Below, in pieces: positions 22,296-35,940 of a stretch of DNA of 64,000 bases. The notes under the pieces are model-generated. The model saw nothing but the letters and a program-made list of their open reading frames with translations. It ran no database searches and had not been told where the DNA came from. Location: assembly GCA_048013815.1 (NCBI GenBank), contig CM106585.1, forward strand, positions 4,960,001-5,024,000, read 5' to 3'. The translations under genes and the position numbers were made by a program. The stretch's first letter is position 1; each line of letters begins with the position of its first letter. Source of the DNA: Setoptus koraiensis. Taxonomy: Eukaryota > Animalia > Arthropoda.

Positions 22296-23795
22296 CTAAC
22301 TCAGTAGAGCAACATAATTCGCCGGAAATAGTCCTGTAGATACTTCACCATCCTTTTTAACAGTACCTTTATACCATCCTGTGATTTCATGGTGGTGGAA
22401 GAAAGAGAAACATTGACAGGTTGAAATTCTGAGTTTACACTTCTAGTGAATGCTGAGGCATCATGTCGATATTTACTTACCCTTGTCGACTTTTTCTATA
22501 TTTGTGATAATATCATCGACATCGAAACTTATTTCGTCGTCCTCAGAAGCAACATAGTCATAAAGTGTCCTGGCTTTCAATCCTTCATCTGTATCATTGA
22601 TCCCAGATGATGAACTTGTTGAATCAACAAACTCTTTCTTTTTGATATCTGGCACTTGTGAGGATGTGGACGTTTCCACATTTCTTTCAGTTGACTCTTG
22701 TACGATTTTGTTGCCTTCTTTGACAATATTTGTTTTTACTACTTCTTTGCGCGTGAAATTATGGCACTTATTGAGTGATGCATCACTGGATCCATCACCA
22801 ATATGGTCAGTTGTCTCTTCAGGTGTATCGAATCCGTCGTAGCCTTTCCTTGTTTCCTTGACTTGGCTCTTAATCTCGTTGAAGAATTCTTTTCGCCTCT
22901 CTTCTGTGAGTTTCTTAAAATTGTCTTGATTCTCTTGGCACATATTCTCGAATCTTTTGCTCATCGATTTGATCGACTCCGAGGTCATCTTGTAAGAATC
23001 GTCCAGCTTTCTCTCGGATCTGACATCAGATTGTGTATTGGCACTAGTAATATTGTTTGTTTTTTCCGATAATTTCTCATCGCATCTCGAGCTCATCGCT
23101 TTGATTCTATCTTTTATAGCTTGGCTAGATTTAGGCTCCAATGTTGGTTTGGGTGGGAGGCCCGATGGACTAGGAGATGTTTCTTTGCGTGTGTTACTTG
23201 TGAAATTTTTGATACTATCACACGATTTCCTTTCAAAGCTTTCTTCTGAAGTATCTGTATTGATGACTTTTCTGGAACAGGTGGAAAAAGATTTATTTAT
23301 CTCTTGTGATGTATGCTTTGACAATTTCTCAATATGGTCGAAAGCGAAGGCTGAACTATCCTGGCGATCTTTCTGTATGCCAAACTTGCCACCAAATCCT
23401 GCGGAATGGTCTTTTTGTGATTCATGACCATATTTATCTTTCAAGAGTTGGTGATCCTCGTGAACCTCCTTGATTAATTGGCTCATACTTCGGGAAATGA
23501 AAATTTTTTGCTTAGTATGGCTACTTGATTATTTGCAGCAGGATAAACAAATTGATACATACTTGATGGATCCTACAGTGCGTTTTGACCCCCATCGCTG
23601 ATCGATTTCTGATATGTTCCTCTAGTTTGAAAATAATGAAATGAAAGGTGTTAATCAAATGTCAATGAATGCGACAGAGACACAGTGGCACCTACAACAT
23701 ACCTCAAAATCAGGATCGGTTTCCCAATCATCGCCAGCATCAATTCGATCCTTGTCAGCTTTTTTAGCACTGCTAGCGATCTTGAATTTTTGCAT
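22296..23795 (-). CDS. Cortactin: cortactin (4 exons)
   Basis: Exons 23795-23703, 23621-23563, 23487-22481 and 22378-22296 join in frame. NTA motif [11 protein letters not shown]1/cortactin repeat [21 protein letters not shown], and a C-terminal SH3 (ARTLYDYVA...GWYKG...GLFPANYV). Confidence 0.92.
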
Positions 23796-26700
23796 ATCTT
23801 TTTCTTGGATGGAAAATAATTCATGCAAGATCGAATCGATGTTGAGAATTGGAATGACTTGAAGTTGGTGACTGTGCTCGTGAATTTCGTTGCTACAGAT
23901 GTCGGATCACTTAGAAATATATTTCATTGTCTTGTTATCTAGTATATCTCTCTTTTCGCTCTCCCTCTTTCTCTCTCTCTCTCTCTGATCTTCCTCTACC
24001 AGCTTGATTAAAACTTGGGTCAATCAACCCTGATATTGAATTAAAATCTATCTGCGAATGGACGGATTCATTCTATAACATTTAATTAATCCAGGTGTGA
24101 AGATAGTTTTCATACTAGGTAAGCCACGATGACCAGTTTGAGGTGTTACCTGTTGAATTAGATCTGCCAGTGTTGTCAGAGCAAGAGCATCCACTTTTAC
24201 AGCGCGATTTTTGAAAGGTAAAAAACTTCATGCGAGAAGTTCTAGAGAAACTCTACATAGAAATTAGTGCCTAAGCATCATCGTTGAGCATGGATCTTAC
24301 AAGGTAAATCGCCTTGGGGAGACAAACGGATCCAAGAGAAAATTAGGCACTATAACGCGATTAATCGTGGAATAGATCGTCGAAATTGTTTCTTTGGATA
24401 ATCCATGTGACGCATATTTCCTTTATTTATAATTGTAGCAAGCGCACTAATTGGGAATTCGACAGAACTTTGAAACTTCTTGCAAAAAAAATTGCGAGCA
24501 TCCGATGACAGACAGCGTATGATTTTATGATAGAAAATTCTCAGAAATCTGTGGTCATTTCAGAAATTAGGAAAGGGATGGATTTCTGGTGGTCCTTTCA
24601 TTCTTTAGTTCATCCAAGGAAATAACTTTCAAACGGGATTGTGAGCTGATGGGTGCATCCCAAAAAGAGGTTTCACTTGTACAATTAATTGATTGAATAG
24701 TTACAGCTTGGCAGAAAAAATCCTAAGTCTGCTACTGGACATGCATTCATTCCGTCTTTAGTTTAATTGATCTCTTTATTATGAGATCACATCTATTGAC
24801 CAATCTGTGGAGAGGATTCACTCTAAGAAATCAATAAAAAAACAAACATTGAAGGTGGGTCAATCCGTAGCTTCATTAACAGAGTGATCATTAATTCGAT
24901 CAAGTAAGAGCGACAATTAGATATGGTATAGCATATGGTCGACCAGTTTTGTGATCGAGTGCAACAACCAGGATAAATATTTATGTGACGGAGCTATATC
25001 GCACCCGAATTAAAAATCCTAAGTACCACGTAGAAGTGGAGTGTTCATAAATACAATTTATCATCCGTGGACATTCAAGAAAGCCCCTTTAACGGATATT
25101 AATTGATGATGTTGCGATTAGAAGTATTCTTAGACCCTTGTGAAATGCACCGTTGCATTGCTATTTCGTTGACTAGTTTTCAACCATCCCGAATTATAGG
25201 CATACCGGTTTAGAAAGTTTAGTTTTCGTGTTGTTCTCTCAGTTTGCCTTCTCTGTGAAATGGCCTGTATAATTAAACTAAAAAGATGCTCATATTGAAA
25301 TAAAAGATGGCGTAACTCACTCTGTGTAAGTATATGCCAAGCAACCTGACTGATGATTTTGTCACATAGAGGTTTCGTGTAAAACTTTTACACTAAAAGT
25401 ACATTCAGAATCAGTGTCTGTGAGCCAAAGGCGGCCCGTGTCCAAGTCAGACGCGTCGGCGTCGATGTTGTCCTATACCAGAGAAAATATCACTGGGAAT
25501 GCATCGTGTCGTCGCATTCATCGCTATTCGCAAATACAGTTGCGTAGAGAACGACATAATACAGCTTAGCTCCGTTGTACGCACGCACACAATGGGCGAG
25601 GTATCAAGGGCGGGGTTGTCTGAAAAAGTGCATGTGCATATTTTGTGTGTTTGTGTGCAAAAAATGTTGGAGGCACCGCACATTGGGAAAGAACACACTA
25701 AATCAACTGCATACATACTGTATAGAGTAATTGAGCTTCTAGCTTGCCGTTTTATGTGTTCATGACAAATTATGATGAGCTACAGTGGTGAATTTACAGG
25801 TGCTCACGGTCTTTGCGAAGAATTAACGGTCCTGTCAGTACTTTTGCAACTTAGCAAGCTTAAATCAATATGCTTGGCTCGGTATAACACGGATCGAACT
25901 CATTACCCACGGACTGAACAATTGTCAAGTGCAAACGACTGATATTAACTGCAGATTGAGTTGACAGCACAGCCTTTGAGCGTTTGTCTCGTCATTGATC
26001 ACACCATCTTGAAGTTGATCTCGGACTTGTTGGCACGACAGAAGCCACACTATCTCAGTTAGATTATCTTCATTTGGCAAGACAAAAGCTCTCTTTTGAT
26101 TTCCAACAATTAACACGGATTTGATATTAGATTGGAAGGTGATTTGTTTCCGGTTGCATTTATTCCCAGATCGGCCTGAAACAATTGCCTTCCGTGATCA
26201 CTCAGATCGTCAATGAGCTCAAAAAGGAACTGCTTAGTCAGAGTAAAGTAGATCCGATTTTGATATGGTCAGATTATCAAGCGCGATTCATGACAAATGG
26301 TTCTGCATATGTAGCATTTACACAATGCTGCATGTTTCAAGATCATTCTGTTGATAAGGTAGCTAACAAACAAATATCACGGCAGGGTGATCCTAATACT
26401 ATGTCTATGTGCACCGTAGATGTTATGTAAAGCATCAAATGTTAATCCAAAAGAGAAAAGTATCACTAACCTCAGCAAGCGCTCCCTTTTTGTTTTCACA
26501 GAGGATAGATGGGTTTTTAGAAACACATAAAACACAAAATTGCAATACAACAATTATCATAGCCCTGCAATAGGCGGTTGGCAATTATAAAGATAAACAT
26601 TAGTTAAATGTGCGATGAATTCTCATATACAACAACAACACTAACTAGATAAAACTAACAACTACACTGCACATGTACATATGACTTTTATATGTATTAA

Positions 26701-27971
26701 AATATCCATCTTTCATTCTTCAACGTTCGCATGTGCGTTGCTTGCTCTCAAGATACAGCAATACGTAGCTTGCCAAGCTAGTTTGTTTATCCGTTTAGCT
26801 ATTGTAAGTTGCAAGTTTAGGGAGCTCGCTTATGGTGATGATCAAGCCGAGAGGAGGGAGTCATCTTGCGAAAATGATTCAATCACCAAAGAGAAAGACA
26901 ACAACTACTTAAACAAAGAGTCTATCTGTTTATAGTACTTTAGCATATTGTGCTGTATAGTTGTTGCTAACTCACGTAACGCATATATTTATTGTGTTGG
27001 TGCTGGTGGTGGTAGTTGTGGTGCAAGCCCTGTTGTTGTTGTTGGTGCTGCTGCTGCAGCACCATCAACTTCGTGCACACAACACACGACGTGAACTTAT
27101 TGCAGATTGTTCGATAGGCACACGCACGCACTCTCAAAACGCACACACATACTCACACACGATGCATTTGCACACAAAAGTGCACACAAAAGCACCCTCC
27201 CAATGAGCGAAGAAGCGAGAGTGAATTCAGCGAACTATTATTATATTCGTCATCCTTGAGAATCAGTGAATTTGTGTTTCCTCTCGACACATTCTACTCT
27301 ATATTATTCTATTTTATATCTACACATACTGTGTCCAGGAGAACGACGATAGAAAATTCTACATTCTATCCAATTAATTGTTATCATTGTATAATTATAT
27401 ATTGCAAGATATAATAATATTAATCAAGAGAAAACGAGCATTATCAATAACGTTGTTGCAATAAACAAGAAAGAGTGTAGAATTTGTTGCAATTGGCTTA
27501 ATCATCATTACTATTATGTAGATATTTCACAATATCCCTTTGCATTCATTGTTACCATTTATCCAGCAATTTAATTACCTTATTATTACCTATATACATT
27601 TACAAATATATATATCTATATATTATTCGCCATAGATATTTATCACCTCAATTTCACCAGTCTAAATGTGTGCAGCTTCACAGCAGCGGCTTTAACCACA
27701 TCTGTTAGCTATTCGACCAGCGCCATAACAACAGTATATTGCTAGTATTATTGCAACGAGTTATCAAACATCACGGTTCCTCAATGCTCCATTTTTTTAG
27801 GACACTACACCAATAACAAGACAAAAGGTAATTAAAAAACAACACAAGTTCTATCGAATCAATATAATGCGGCTCTGTCATATGACTCCGTTTCTGGACA
27901 TTCACAATAGATCTAACTGCATCAGTTAATAATAATAACAACTTATCCAACTGATTTTGCACACCGAACAG

Positions 27972-30900
27972 ATGGAAGAGGAACAACAAAAGGATAGGAC
28001 GCCGCGCGAGGGAAAGAAGAGCCGCCAGTCCAGCAGGCAGTCCTCCATTGGACGGGAACTTGATGATCCCGCTTTAAATGTTCCCACAGAACAACCACAA
28101 GATACAGGAGCACAACAAATGCGCTCGGGCGACAAACCCGCAATTCCACCTAGTTCACTGCTGAATGAAACGAGCTCGGAGTACTCCGACATCGGTATCA
28201 CGTCGCTACCTTCTCCCAAGGAAGTGAAAATATGCGAATCTATACAGGACATTCAAGAATTAAGGACAAGCGTCTTGAGACACTACGATCAATTTCTACA
28301 ACAAACTAATATTAAACGAATTAGACTAGATGAATCACGCAGATTTCAATATTTCAAGCGTGACGCCGATGAATTGGAATCTTGGATCAATGAAAAACTA
28401 CAAACTGCTTGCGATGAATCTTATAGGGAAGCCACAAATCTACAAGTCAAAATACAAAAACACCAGGCATTTGAGGCTGAAATTCAGGCTCATGCCAACA
28501 TTATTGACGAAATACAAAAGAATGGTACGTCTATGATCAATGAGCGACATTTCGCATCAACAGAGATTAGGGTTCGCTTGGAGGAATTGCAACGATTGTG
28601 GGATCTTTTATTGCGAAAATCGGCAGATAAAGGTCTACAACTTAGACAAGCCTTAGTGTTTGTTCAATGGAGCCGTCAATTCGGTGATATCATGTCGTGG
28701 ATTGCTGAAAAGCAGGCTTTCGTTTCTAGTGAAGAAAGAGGACAAGATTTGGAGCATGTTGAATTGTTGCAGCGAAAGTTCGAGGAATTCGAAAAGAATC
28801 TAGCTGCTGAAGAATACAGAGTGCAAACTGTCGCATCCAATGCCGATAAAATAGTCATTGATGGACATCCAAAAAAGGATATCGTATTGAGCAACAAGGA
28901 GGAACTTCTATTGGCATGGGAAAAACTCAAACAGGCTGCCTTGATAAGAAGGGAGAAATTGATCGGAGGGCACGAAGTGCAACTTTTCAATAGAGACGCA
29001 GACGAAGCCAATGCTTGGATCAATGAAAAAGATGCTCTCATGTCATCTGAAGATCTCGGTCGCGATCTGGCATCCGTTCAAGCATTGCAGCGCAAACATG
29101 AAGGCAATGAGCGCGATCTTGCAGCTATTGAAAATAAGATCCACTCCTTAGGAATGGAAGCTGATCGCTTGTGCGCTTGCCATCCCGATTTGGCTGACTC
29201 TATCCGAGCGAAGTACTCAGAGGTCGTTAGCAGTTGGGAAGAGTTGAAGAGGAAAACAGCAGAGCGCCGTCAACGCTTATCCGACTCAAATCTTCTCCTA
29301 AAATTTAATGCCGATTATAGAGACATAATAACTTGGATCATCGACATGAAGTTAATCATATCTGCCGATGAACCAGCAAAAGATGTTGCAAGCGCAGAGG
29401 CACTGTTGGAGCGCCATCAAGGTCACCGAAGCCAAATCGATGCGCGCGAAGACTCAATAAATGCAGTAATAGGAGAGGGCAAGCTGCTACTGGAGCATAA
29501 GATTTCACCCGAAGATATCCAAAAGAAACTTGATAAACTGGAAGAGGAAAGAAAGTCTCTCAACGATCTTTGGGAAGAGAGACGTGTCTTGCACGAGCAA
29601 TGCATGGACCTTCAATTGTTCTATCGCGACATGGAACAAGTTGGAGCATGGATGGGTAAACAGGAGGCATTTCTTGCAAACGAAAACCTGGGTGACTCTT
29701 TAGATTCTGTTGAAGCACTTATTAAGAAGCATCAAGATTTTGAGAAATCTTTGGAGGCACAAGAAGAAAAGATAAACACTTTAGATAACTTTGCTACGAA
29801 ATTCACTTCCAGTCAAATGGTGCAGCCTTTTTTTGCCGCTGACGATGTAGTTCAGAGGAGAACAGCTTTAATTAATCGAAATAATAACTTGATAGAAAAG
29901 TCAAACAAACGTAAAGCACTCTTGGATGATTCATATAAATTGTATTTGTTCGAGAGAGATTGTGATGAGGCCGAGGCTTGGTGTTCGGACAAACTCAAAA
30001 TTGCCAGAGACAATTCACATCTGGACTTGACAAATATATCAGGCAAACTTCAAACTCATCAAAATTTCGAACGTGAGCTATCAGGAAATAAATCAAGAAT
30101 TGACGAAGTTGCAAATCAAGGCCAAGCATTGGTAGATGCTGATCATTTTGCCAAGGAGCGAGTACAAAAACGCATAGATGATCTCGAAAAACTATGGGCT
30201 GCACTTGTTGAGGCTGCCGAGCAAAGAGGTCTCAAACTGAGCGAAGCAGGCTCTCAACAAGCATACAACAGAGGTGTAGAAGATATAGATATTTGGATGG
30301 GTGAAGTTGAGCAACAATTGAGTTCCGAAGATTTTGGCCGTGATTTGATATCTGTGCAGAATCTATTAAAGAAACAGAACTTGTTGGAGGCTGACATGGC
30401 TGCCTGCAGAGAACGGGTACAGAGAAGCGCCCAAAAAGCGAATGAATTCGTGAGCAGCAATCATTTCGATGCGCCTAATATTCAAAACAGGCAGGACAAT
30501 CTTTCAAAACGTTTTGATGAACTTCAGACAGCTCTGGTACGTCGTAAGCATAAGTTGTTGGATTCACTTAAAGTTCAACAACTACTAAGAGATATAGAAG
30601 ATGAGGAAGCTTGGATAAGGGAGAAAGAACCCATAGCTACATCCACTAATCGTGGGCGAGACTATATGGGAGTGCGCAACCTCATCAGCAAACAGGAGGC
30701 AGTTGTTAACGAGATCAACAACCACGAGGCGAGTATTCAGGCCATCAGCCAAAGATGTGACGACATGATTAAATCACAATTGTCGCCAAACATCATCGAA
30801 CAAAGACGTCACGCTCTTTTAGAAAACTGGAACAATCTGAAGCAAAATGCTAATCAGCGCCAAAGAGCATTGGAAGATTCTCTTCAAGCTCATCAATATT

Positions 30901-33900
30901 TCACAGACGTAAATGAAGCTGATTCCTGGATGCGAGAAAAAGAACCAATTGTTGGAAATAGAGATCTAGGACGTGACGAAGACTCCACAGAAGCTCTGTT
31001 GAAAAAACATGAAGCCTTAATGGCTGATTTAGAAGCATTTGGTGGTACAATTAAAGGTTTGAGGGAACAAGCAGCAGCATGTAGACAGCAGGAATTACCA
31101 GTTGCCGATAGTGAGGCTAAGGAGTTGGTAGTTGTACTCAATAACTATGACGAGAAATCACCTCGTGAAGTATCTGTCAAGAAGGGTGACTTGGTAGCTT
31201 TATTGAACTCAAGCAATAATGATTGGTGGAAGGTAGAAGCAAACGATCGTCAGGGTTTTGTTCCATCAGTTTACTTGAAACGAATTGACTCGAAATTGTC
31301 TTCTTCGCAGCAACATCTGGCTGATAAATACAATATATCTAACCGACAGAAGCAGATAGAGGATCAATATAGGCATCTTTTAGATCTCGGGCGTGAGCGA
31401 AATGCTCGTCTTGATGAGGCTGTCAAAGCCTATCAAGTCGTCAGAGAAGCAGCTGAGTTGGCTCAATGGATCAAGGACAAAGAGCAATTTGCTCAAGTTG
31501 AAACTGTTGGTGATGATCTAGAACAGGTAGAAGTCCTGCAGAAAAAGTTTGACGATTTCGAGAAAGACATGAAGAATAATCAGACTCGTCTACAAGAGAT
31601 GAACAATGTCGCAGAACATCTCAAGTCTATTGGCCAAGCTGATGCAGCTAACAAGATAGCCCAACAGATCAATTCTCTGAATCGTAAATGGAATGAATTG
31701 GAGAAAGTAACTCAAAAAAGGAAGGATCAACTTGGATCAGCTCATGAAGTTCAAAGATTTCAAAGAGAGGCCGAAGAAACTCGTGATTGGATTGCAGAGA
31801 AAGATCAAATGTTAAACAATAACGATTTCGGAAATGATCTGCCTTCCGTTTTAGCTTTGCAAAGAAAACACGAAGGTCTAGAAAGTGATCTAGCAGCGCT
31901 TGGTGATCGTATCCGACAATTGAACGAGACTGCTGAGAGATTGGAACAAAGCGATCCTAGGTCATCCGAAATAACATTTGAGAAAAGAAAAGAAATTAAT
32001 CGCGAATGGGACCGCATAGTTGACAAAGCGAATGCTCGCAAGGCCAAATTAGCAGACTCGACCAATCTACAAAGATTCCTATCCGATCAACGTGATATGA
32101 AAGCTTGGTTGGACTCTACTAGAGCTGCTGTCACAACTAACGAAACTGCACCCGATGTATCAGGAGCGGAGGCTCTAATAGATCGTCATGGAGAATATCG
32201 CGCTGAAATTGATGCTCGCACCCCCAAATTGAAAAAACTTGAAACTTTTGGCAAACATTTGATTGATGCCAAACATTATGCTAGCCCAGTTATTAAAGAT
32301 AAACTTGAAGAACTAGACGAAGCCAAAAAAGAACTTAGAGATGCTTGGTTAGCTCGACAAGGCTTGATACAACAAAACTTGGACCTCGCTCATTATTATA
32401 GAGACTGTGAGCAAGCTGAGAATTGGATGGCTAACCGTGAGGCCTTTCTCAACAACAAAGAAGGTGACAGTCCTGGAGATAATGTTGAAAGTTTGATCAA
32501 AAAGCATGAAGATTTCGACAAAGCCATCGCATCACAAGAAAACAAAATAGCCAATCTAACTGGTGTCGCAGACAGTTTGATTGATCACGGTCACTACGCA
32601 ACACCAGAAATAAAAGACAAACGACAGAAGGTCTTAGATAGGTGGGCTCGCTTGAAAGATGCTATGATCGAAGTGCGGTCGAAACTAAACGAATCACAAA
32701 CCTTGCAACAATTCTCGAGAGACGCAGACGAAGTTGAAAGCTGGATACAACAAAAACAGGCTACAGCACTTGGTTCTTCAGTTCGGGACGCTACAAACAT
32801 ACAAGCCAAACATCAAAAGCATCAAGCACTGGAGGCAGAACTCAAAGCCAATGAAGAACGAATTAAGGCAATTCTAGAGTCTGGCCGTAAATTGATCGAT
32901 AGCAAAAAATGCGGCGACACTGAAGATGCTGTACTTAATCGTCTCAAAGCAATCGATGACCAATATAAAACTTTGACCACAGTGACTAGTGAGCAATCTT
33001 TTGTTCTCAAAGAAGCTAGCCAACTCAGATCCTACAATGCAGCCGTCAAAGATATCGACTTTTGGCTCGGTGAAGTTGAGGGATTGTTGAAACCCGAAGA
33101 AACAGGAAATGATTTGTCATCTGTACAGCACTTAACTAAGCAACACCAGTTGATCGAAGCTGATATTCATGCACACCAAGATCGAATTAAGGATATGAAT
33201 GCTCTGGCTGACTCATTGATAGAAGCTGGTCAATTCGATTCAGAGGCCATACAGGGAAAAAGATCTTCAATAAATGAGCGATACGAACGTCTAGCGAATC
33301 TCGCCGCTTACAGACGGTCGAAACTAAACGAAGCAAATACCTTGCATCAATTCTTCCGCGATATTGTTGATGAAGAATCTTGGATCAAAGAGAAAAAATT
33401 ACTTGTTTCCTCAGATGATTTCGGGCGGGATCATGCCGGTGTACAAAATCTGATCAAGAAACACAAGAGATTTGAATCTGACTTGAAGGCTCATAGCCCG
33501 TCAATTATGGCTGTTAGAGATGCCGGTCAAAAACTTATGAAAGAATCTAGTGTAGGAGTACCTGAGATAGAGCAAAGATTGCAGAACCTTGAGCAGAATT
33601 GGCAAGATTTGCAAAATTTAAGCGCGATCAGGAATAAAAAATTAGCCGAGTCACAAGAATATCAAGAATTCTTATCTCACATTGATGAAGAGGAAGCTTG
33701 GATCAACGAGAAGCAGCAGCTACTTTCGGCAAACGATTTTGGAGATACGATGGCCGCGGTTCAAGGCTTACTCAAAAAGCACGTCGTAATGGAAGCTGAG
33801 TTTGCAAACCATCGAGAACGTTGTGCGGAGCTTGATTCAGCTGGACAGAAACTCATAGAAAAAGGCAACCATCATCAAGACGGCATTCGCAATAGACTCC

Positions 33901-35465
33901 AACTTCTAAAATCACGATCGAACGAACTAGAAGATAAAAGTCGCCGCCGAAAAGCAACGCTGACTGAAAATTATGAAACTTTACAGTTTATGTGGCGAGC
34001 TGATGTTGTGGATAGCTGGATAAATGATAAGAGCCTCGAGATGAAATCCGATGACCAAGGTAGAGATCTTTTATCTGTAAAAACATTGATTGTAAAACAA
34101 GCTACGTTTGATGCCTGCTTGGACGCTTTTGAACAAGAGGGTATTGCAAGTATAACTCAACTCAAAGACAAGCTTGCATCTTTGAAATCTGAAGCTATCA
34201 TCAAGCGACATGATGATGTTCTCAAACGTTGGAACGACTTACGCGCTGCTTCGGAGGCCAGAAAAGCTCGTCTGCATCGTTTGCAAGATCAGTTTAAACA
34301 AATAGAAGATTATTTCCTCACATTCGCAAAACGTGCCTCAGCATTCAACAGTTGGTTCGAGAATGCTGAAGAAGATTTGACTGATCCTGTTAGGAGCAAC
34401 TCGATTGAAGAGACTCGTGTCTTGCGAGAAGCGCATGTACATTTCCAAGAAACTTTGGCATCTGCACAGCAAGACTTTGAGTACCTCACCGAACTGGATA
34501 AAAGGATCAGAGCCTTCAATGTTGGAACTAATCCATACACATGGTTTACTATGAGCGCTCTTGAGGACACATGGAAAAACTTGAAACGTATTATCAAGGA
34601 GAGAGACATAGAGTTACTAAAGGAATCGCAACGCCAAGAAGAAAATGATCGCTTACGCAAAGATTTTGCGCGCGCTGCTGATTCTTTACACAACTGGCTA
34701 AATCAGACTAGAATGTGGCTGCTAGCTGGGGCTGCCATCGATGCCGAGTCGAAGGAAATACCTCTTGAGGAACAGTTGGAGGCCAATATGAAGAAAATGG
34801 CCGAAGTAAGATCTCGCAAGGGTGACCTCAAACAGATTGAAGAATTAGGAAAATCTTTAGAGGAGCATCTAATTCTGGATAATAGATATACTGAGCACTC
34901 CACCACTGCCTTAGCGCAGCAATGGGATCAATTGGAACAAGTTGGTCTCCGAATGCAACAAAATCTTGAACAGATGATTCAGGCAAGAAATCAGTCTGGT
35001 GTAGCCGAGGAAGCTTTGCGTGAATTTTCGCTCATGTTCAAATACTTTGACAAAGACAATTCTGGCAAATTGGATCATAATGAATTTAAGAACTGTCTCA
35101 GAGCCCTGGGTAACGATCTGGAGCTTGCCGAAGAGGGTCAACCCGAACTAGAATTCGAAGCAATACTGAACATCGTCGACCCTAATAGGGATGGTGTTGT
35201 GTCGTTGCAAGAATATATGGCATTCTTGATTGCACGCGAAACGGAAAATGTTCAATCTAGTGATGAGATTGAGAAAGCCTTCCGTAATATTACTGCCAAT
35301 GGAGAGCGCCCCTATGTGACTAGCAACGAATTATTCTCCAACTTGAACCGTGACCTGGCTCAATTCTGTATTAATAACATGAAACCTTATGAAGACCCTG
35401 TCACGGGGAAATCAACACCAAACGCATACGACTACAAGGAATTTACTCATAGGCTATTTGTTTAA
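27972..35465 (+). CDS. alpha-Spec: alpha-spectrin, intronless
   Basis: About 20 spectrin repeats ([18 protein letters not shown] etc.), a central SH3 ([31 protein letters not shown]), and C-terminal EF-hands ([28 protein letters not shown]). First ATG at 27972. Confidence 0.97.
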   Translation: MEEEQQKDRTPREGKKSRQSSRQSSIGRELDDPALNVPTEQPQDTGAQQMRSGDKPAIPPSSLLNETSSEYSDIGITSLPSPKEVKICESIQDIQELRTSVLRHYDQFLQQTNIKRIRLDESRRFQYFKRDADELESWINEKLQTACDESYREATNLQVKIQKHQAFEAEIQAHANIIDEIQKNGTSMINERHFASTEIRVRLEELQRLWDLLLRKSADKGLQLRQALVFVQWSRQFGDIMSWIAEKQAFVSSEERGQDLEHVELLQRKFEEFEKNLAAEEYRVQTVASNADKIVIDGHPKKDIVLSNKEELLLAWEKLKQAALIRREKLIGGHEVQLFNRDADEANAWINEKDALMSSEDLGRDLASVQALQRKHEGNERDLAAIENKIHSLGMEADRLCACHPDLADSIRAKYSEVVSSWEELKRKTAERRQRLSDSNLLLKFNADYRDIITWIIDMKLIISADEPAKDVASAEALLERHQGHRSQIDAREDSINAVIGEGKLLLEHKISPEDIQKKLDKLEEERKSLNDLWEERRVLHEQCMDLQLFYRDMEQVGAWMGKQEAFLANENLGDSLDSVEALIKKHQDFEKSLEAQEEKINTLDNFATKFTSSQMVQPFFAADDVVQRRTALINRNNNLIEKSNKRKALLDDSYKLYLFERDCDEAEAWCSDKLKIARDNSHLDLTNISGKLQTHQNFERELSGNKSRIDEVANQGQALVDADHFAKERVQKRIDDLEKLWAALVEAAEQRGLKLSEAGSQQAYNRGVEDIDIWMGEVEQQLSSEDFGRDLISVQNLLKKQNLLEADMAACRERVQRSAQKANEFVSSNHFDAPNIQNRQDNLSKRFDELQTALVRRKHKLLDSLKVQQLLRDIEDEEAWIREKEPIATSTNRGRDYMGVRNLISKQEAVVNEINNHEASIQAISQRCDDMIKSQLSPNIIEQRRHALLENWNNLKQNANQRQRALEDSLQAHQYFTDVNEADSWMREKEPIVGNRDLGRDEDSTEALLKKHEALMADLEAFGGTIKGLREQAAACRQQELPVADSEAKELVVVLNNYDEKSPREVSVKKGDLVALLNSSNNDWWKVEANDRQGFVPSVYLKRIDSKLSSSQQHLADKYNISNRQKQIEDQYRHLLDLGRERNARLDEAVKAYQVVREAAELAQWIKDKEQFAQVETVGDDLEQVEVLQKKFDDFEKDMKNNQTRLQEMNNVAEHLKSIGQADAANKIAQQINSLNRKWNELEKVTQKRKDQLGSAHEVQRFQREAEETRDWIAEKDQMLNNNDFGNDLPSVLALQRKHEGLESDLAALGDRIRQLNETAERLEQSDPRSSEITFEKRKEINREWDRIVDKANARKAKLADSTNLQRFLSDQRDMKAWLDSTRAAVTTNETAPDVSGAEALIDRHGEYRAEIDARTPKLKKLETFGKHLIDAKHYASPVIKDKLEELDEAKKELRDAWLARQGLIQQNLDLAHYYRDCEQAENWMANREAFLNNKEGDSPGDNVESLIKKHEDFDKAIASQENKIANLTGVADSLIDHGHYATPEIKDKRQKVLDRWARLKDAMIEVRSKLNESQTLQQFSRDADEVESWIQQKQATALGSSVRDATNIQAKHQKHQALEAELKANEERIKAILESGRKLIDSKKCGDTEDAVLNRLKAIDDQYKTLTTVTSEQSFVLKEASQLRSYNAAVKDIDFWLGEVEGLLKPEETGNDLSSVQHLTKQHQLIEADIHAHQDRIKDMNALADSLIEAGQFDSEAIQGKRSSINERYERLANLAAYRRSKLNEANTLHQFFRDIVDEESWIKEKKLLVSSDDFGRDHAGVQNLIKKHKRFESDLKAHSPSIMAVRDAGQKLMKESSVGVPEIEQRLQNLEQNWQDLQNLSAIRNKKLAESQEYQEFLSHIDEEEAWINEKQQLLSANDFGDTMAAVQGLLKKHVVMEAEFANHRERCAELDSAGQKLIEKGNHHQDGIRNRLQLLKSRSNELEDKSRRRKATLTENYETLQFMWRADVVDSWINDKSLEMKSDDQGRDLLSVKTLIVKQATFDACLDAFEQEGIASITQLKDKLASLKSEAIIKRHDDVLKRWNDLRAASEARKARLHRLQDQFKQIEDYFLTFAKRASAFNSWFENAEEDLTDPVRSNSIEETRVLREAHVHFQETLASAQQDFEYLTELDKRIRAFNVGTNPYTWFTMSALEDTWKNLKRIIKERDIELLKESQRQEENDRLRKDFARAADSLHNWLNQTRMWLLAGAAIDAESKEIPLEEQLEANMKKMAEVRSRKGDLKQIEELGKSLEEHLILDNRYTEHSTTALAQQWDQLEQVGLRMQQNLEQMIQARNQSGVAEEALREFSLMFKYFDKDNSGKLDHNEFKNCLRALGNDLELAEEGQPELEFEAILNIVDPNRDGVVSLQEYMAFLIARETENVQSSDEIEKAFRNITANGERPYVTSNELFSNLNRDLAQFCINNMKPYEDPVTGKSTPNAYDYKEFTHRLFV

Positions 35466-35867
35466 GTTTCAGCTTTAATATTCTAGTGCCTTTGACAACT
35501 TAATGTAAAGTAATGTGGTTTGAAAAGTCATCTGAATAAAATAGAATAAAATGAAATCTAATAATCAATTGCACTATACACAACAGTTTTTTATCATGTG
35601 TTTATCGCGGCGCCTAGTGTTGATTAGTGGCATTCGAACATGTAAACTTCTCTACAGAACAGGTTCACCTGTGAAGATGCTTAGGTTAAATTTCGGGGCG
35701 TGGGCACGTACAGCAGTATTGCCTACTCAGTAGATTGGTTTGTGAGCATTGGTTGGTGGCGATCACACCCAGCAGCATAGATCTCGCCTTGCAACTTGTT
35801 ACCTACTACTAAAAGCAATCAACTAAACGTAAATTCCAGCACACTTTTGATGCCAGCTTATACGCTG

Positions 35868-35870
<3 letters not shown>

Positions 35871-35938
<68 letters not shown>
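35871..35938. repeat. (GA)34 microsatellite
   Basis: Perfect dinucleotide run. Confidence 0.98.

Positions 35939-35940
<2 letters not shown>

Noticed and set aside
24050-25200. Protein-like short frames with frequent stops (e.g. LPFKNRAVKVDALALTTLADLIQQV on -)
   Set aside because: It may be an old pseudogene or TE relic, but I recognise no family, so no call is supportable without a translated search.
25780-26430. Short ORFs upstream of spectrin
   Set aside because: No recognisable domains, inconsistent frames and no convincing splice chain.
28330-35141. Numerous 60-130 aa antisense and alternate-frame ORFs over spectrin (also over Ack, Kelch, the PAN protein and ZIP)
   Set aside because: They are shadow ORFs from codon bias in long real CDSs.
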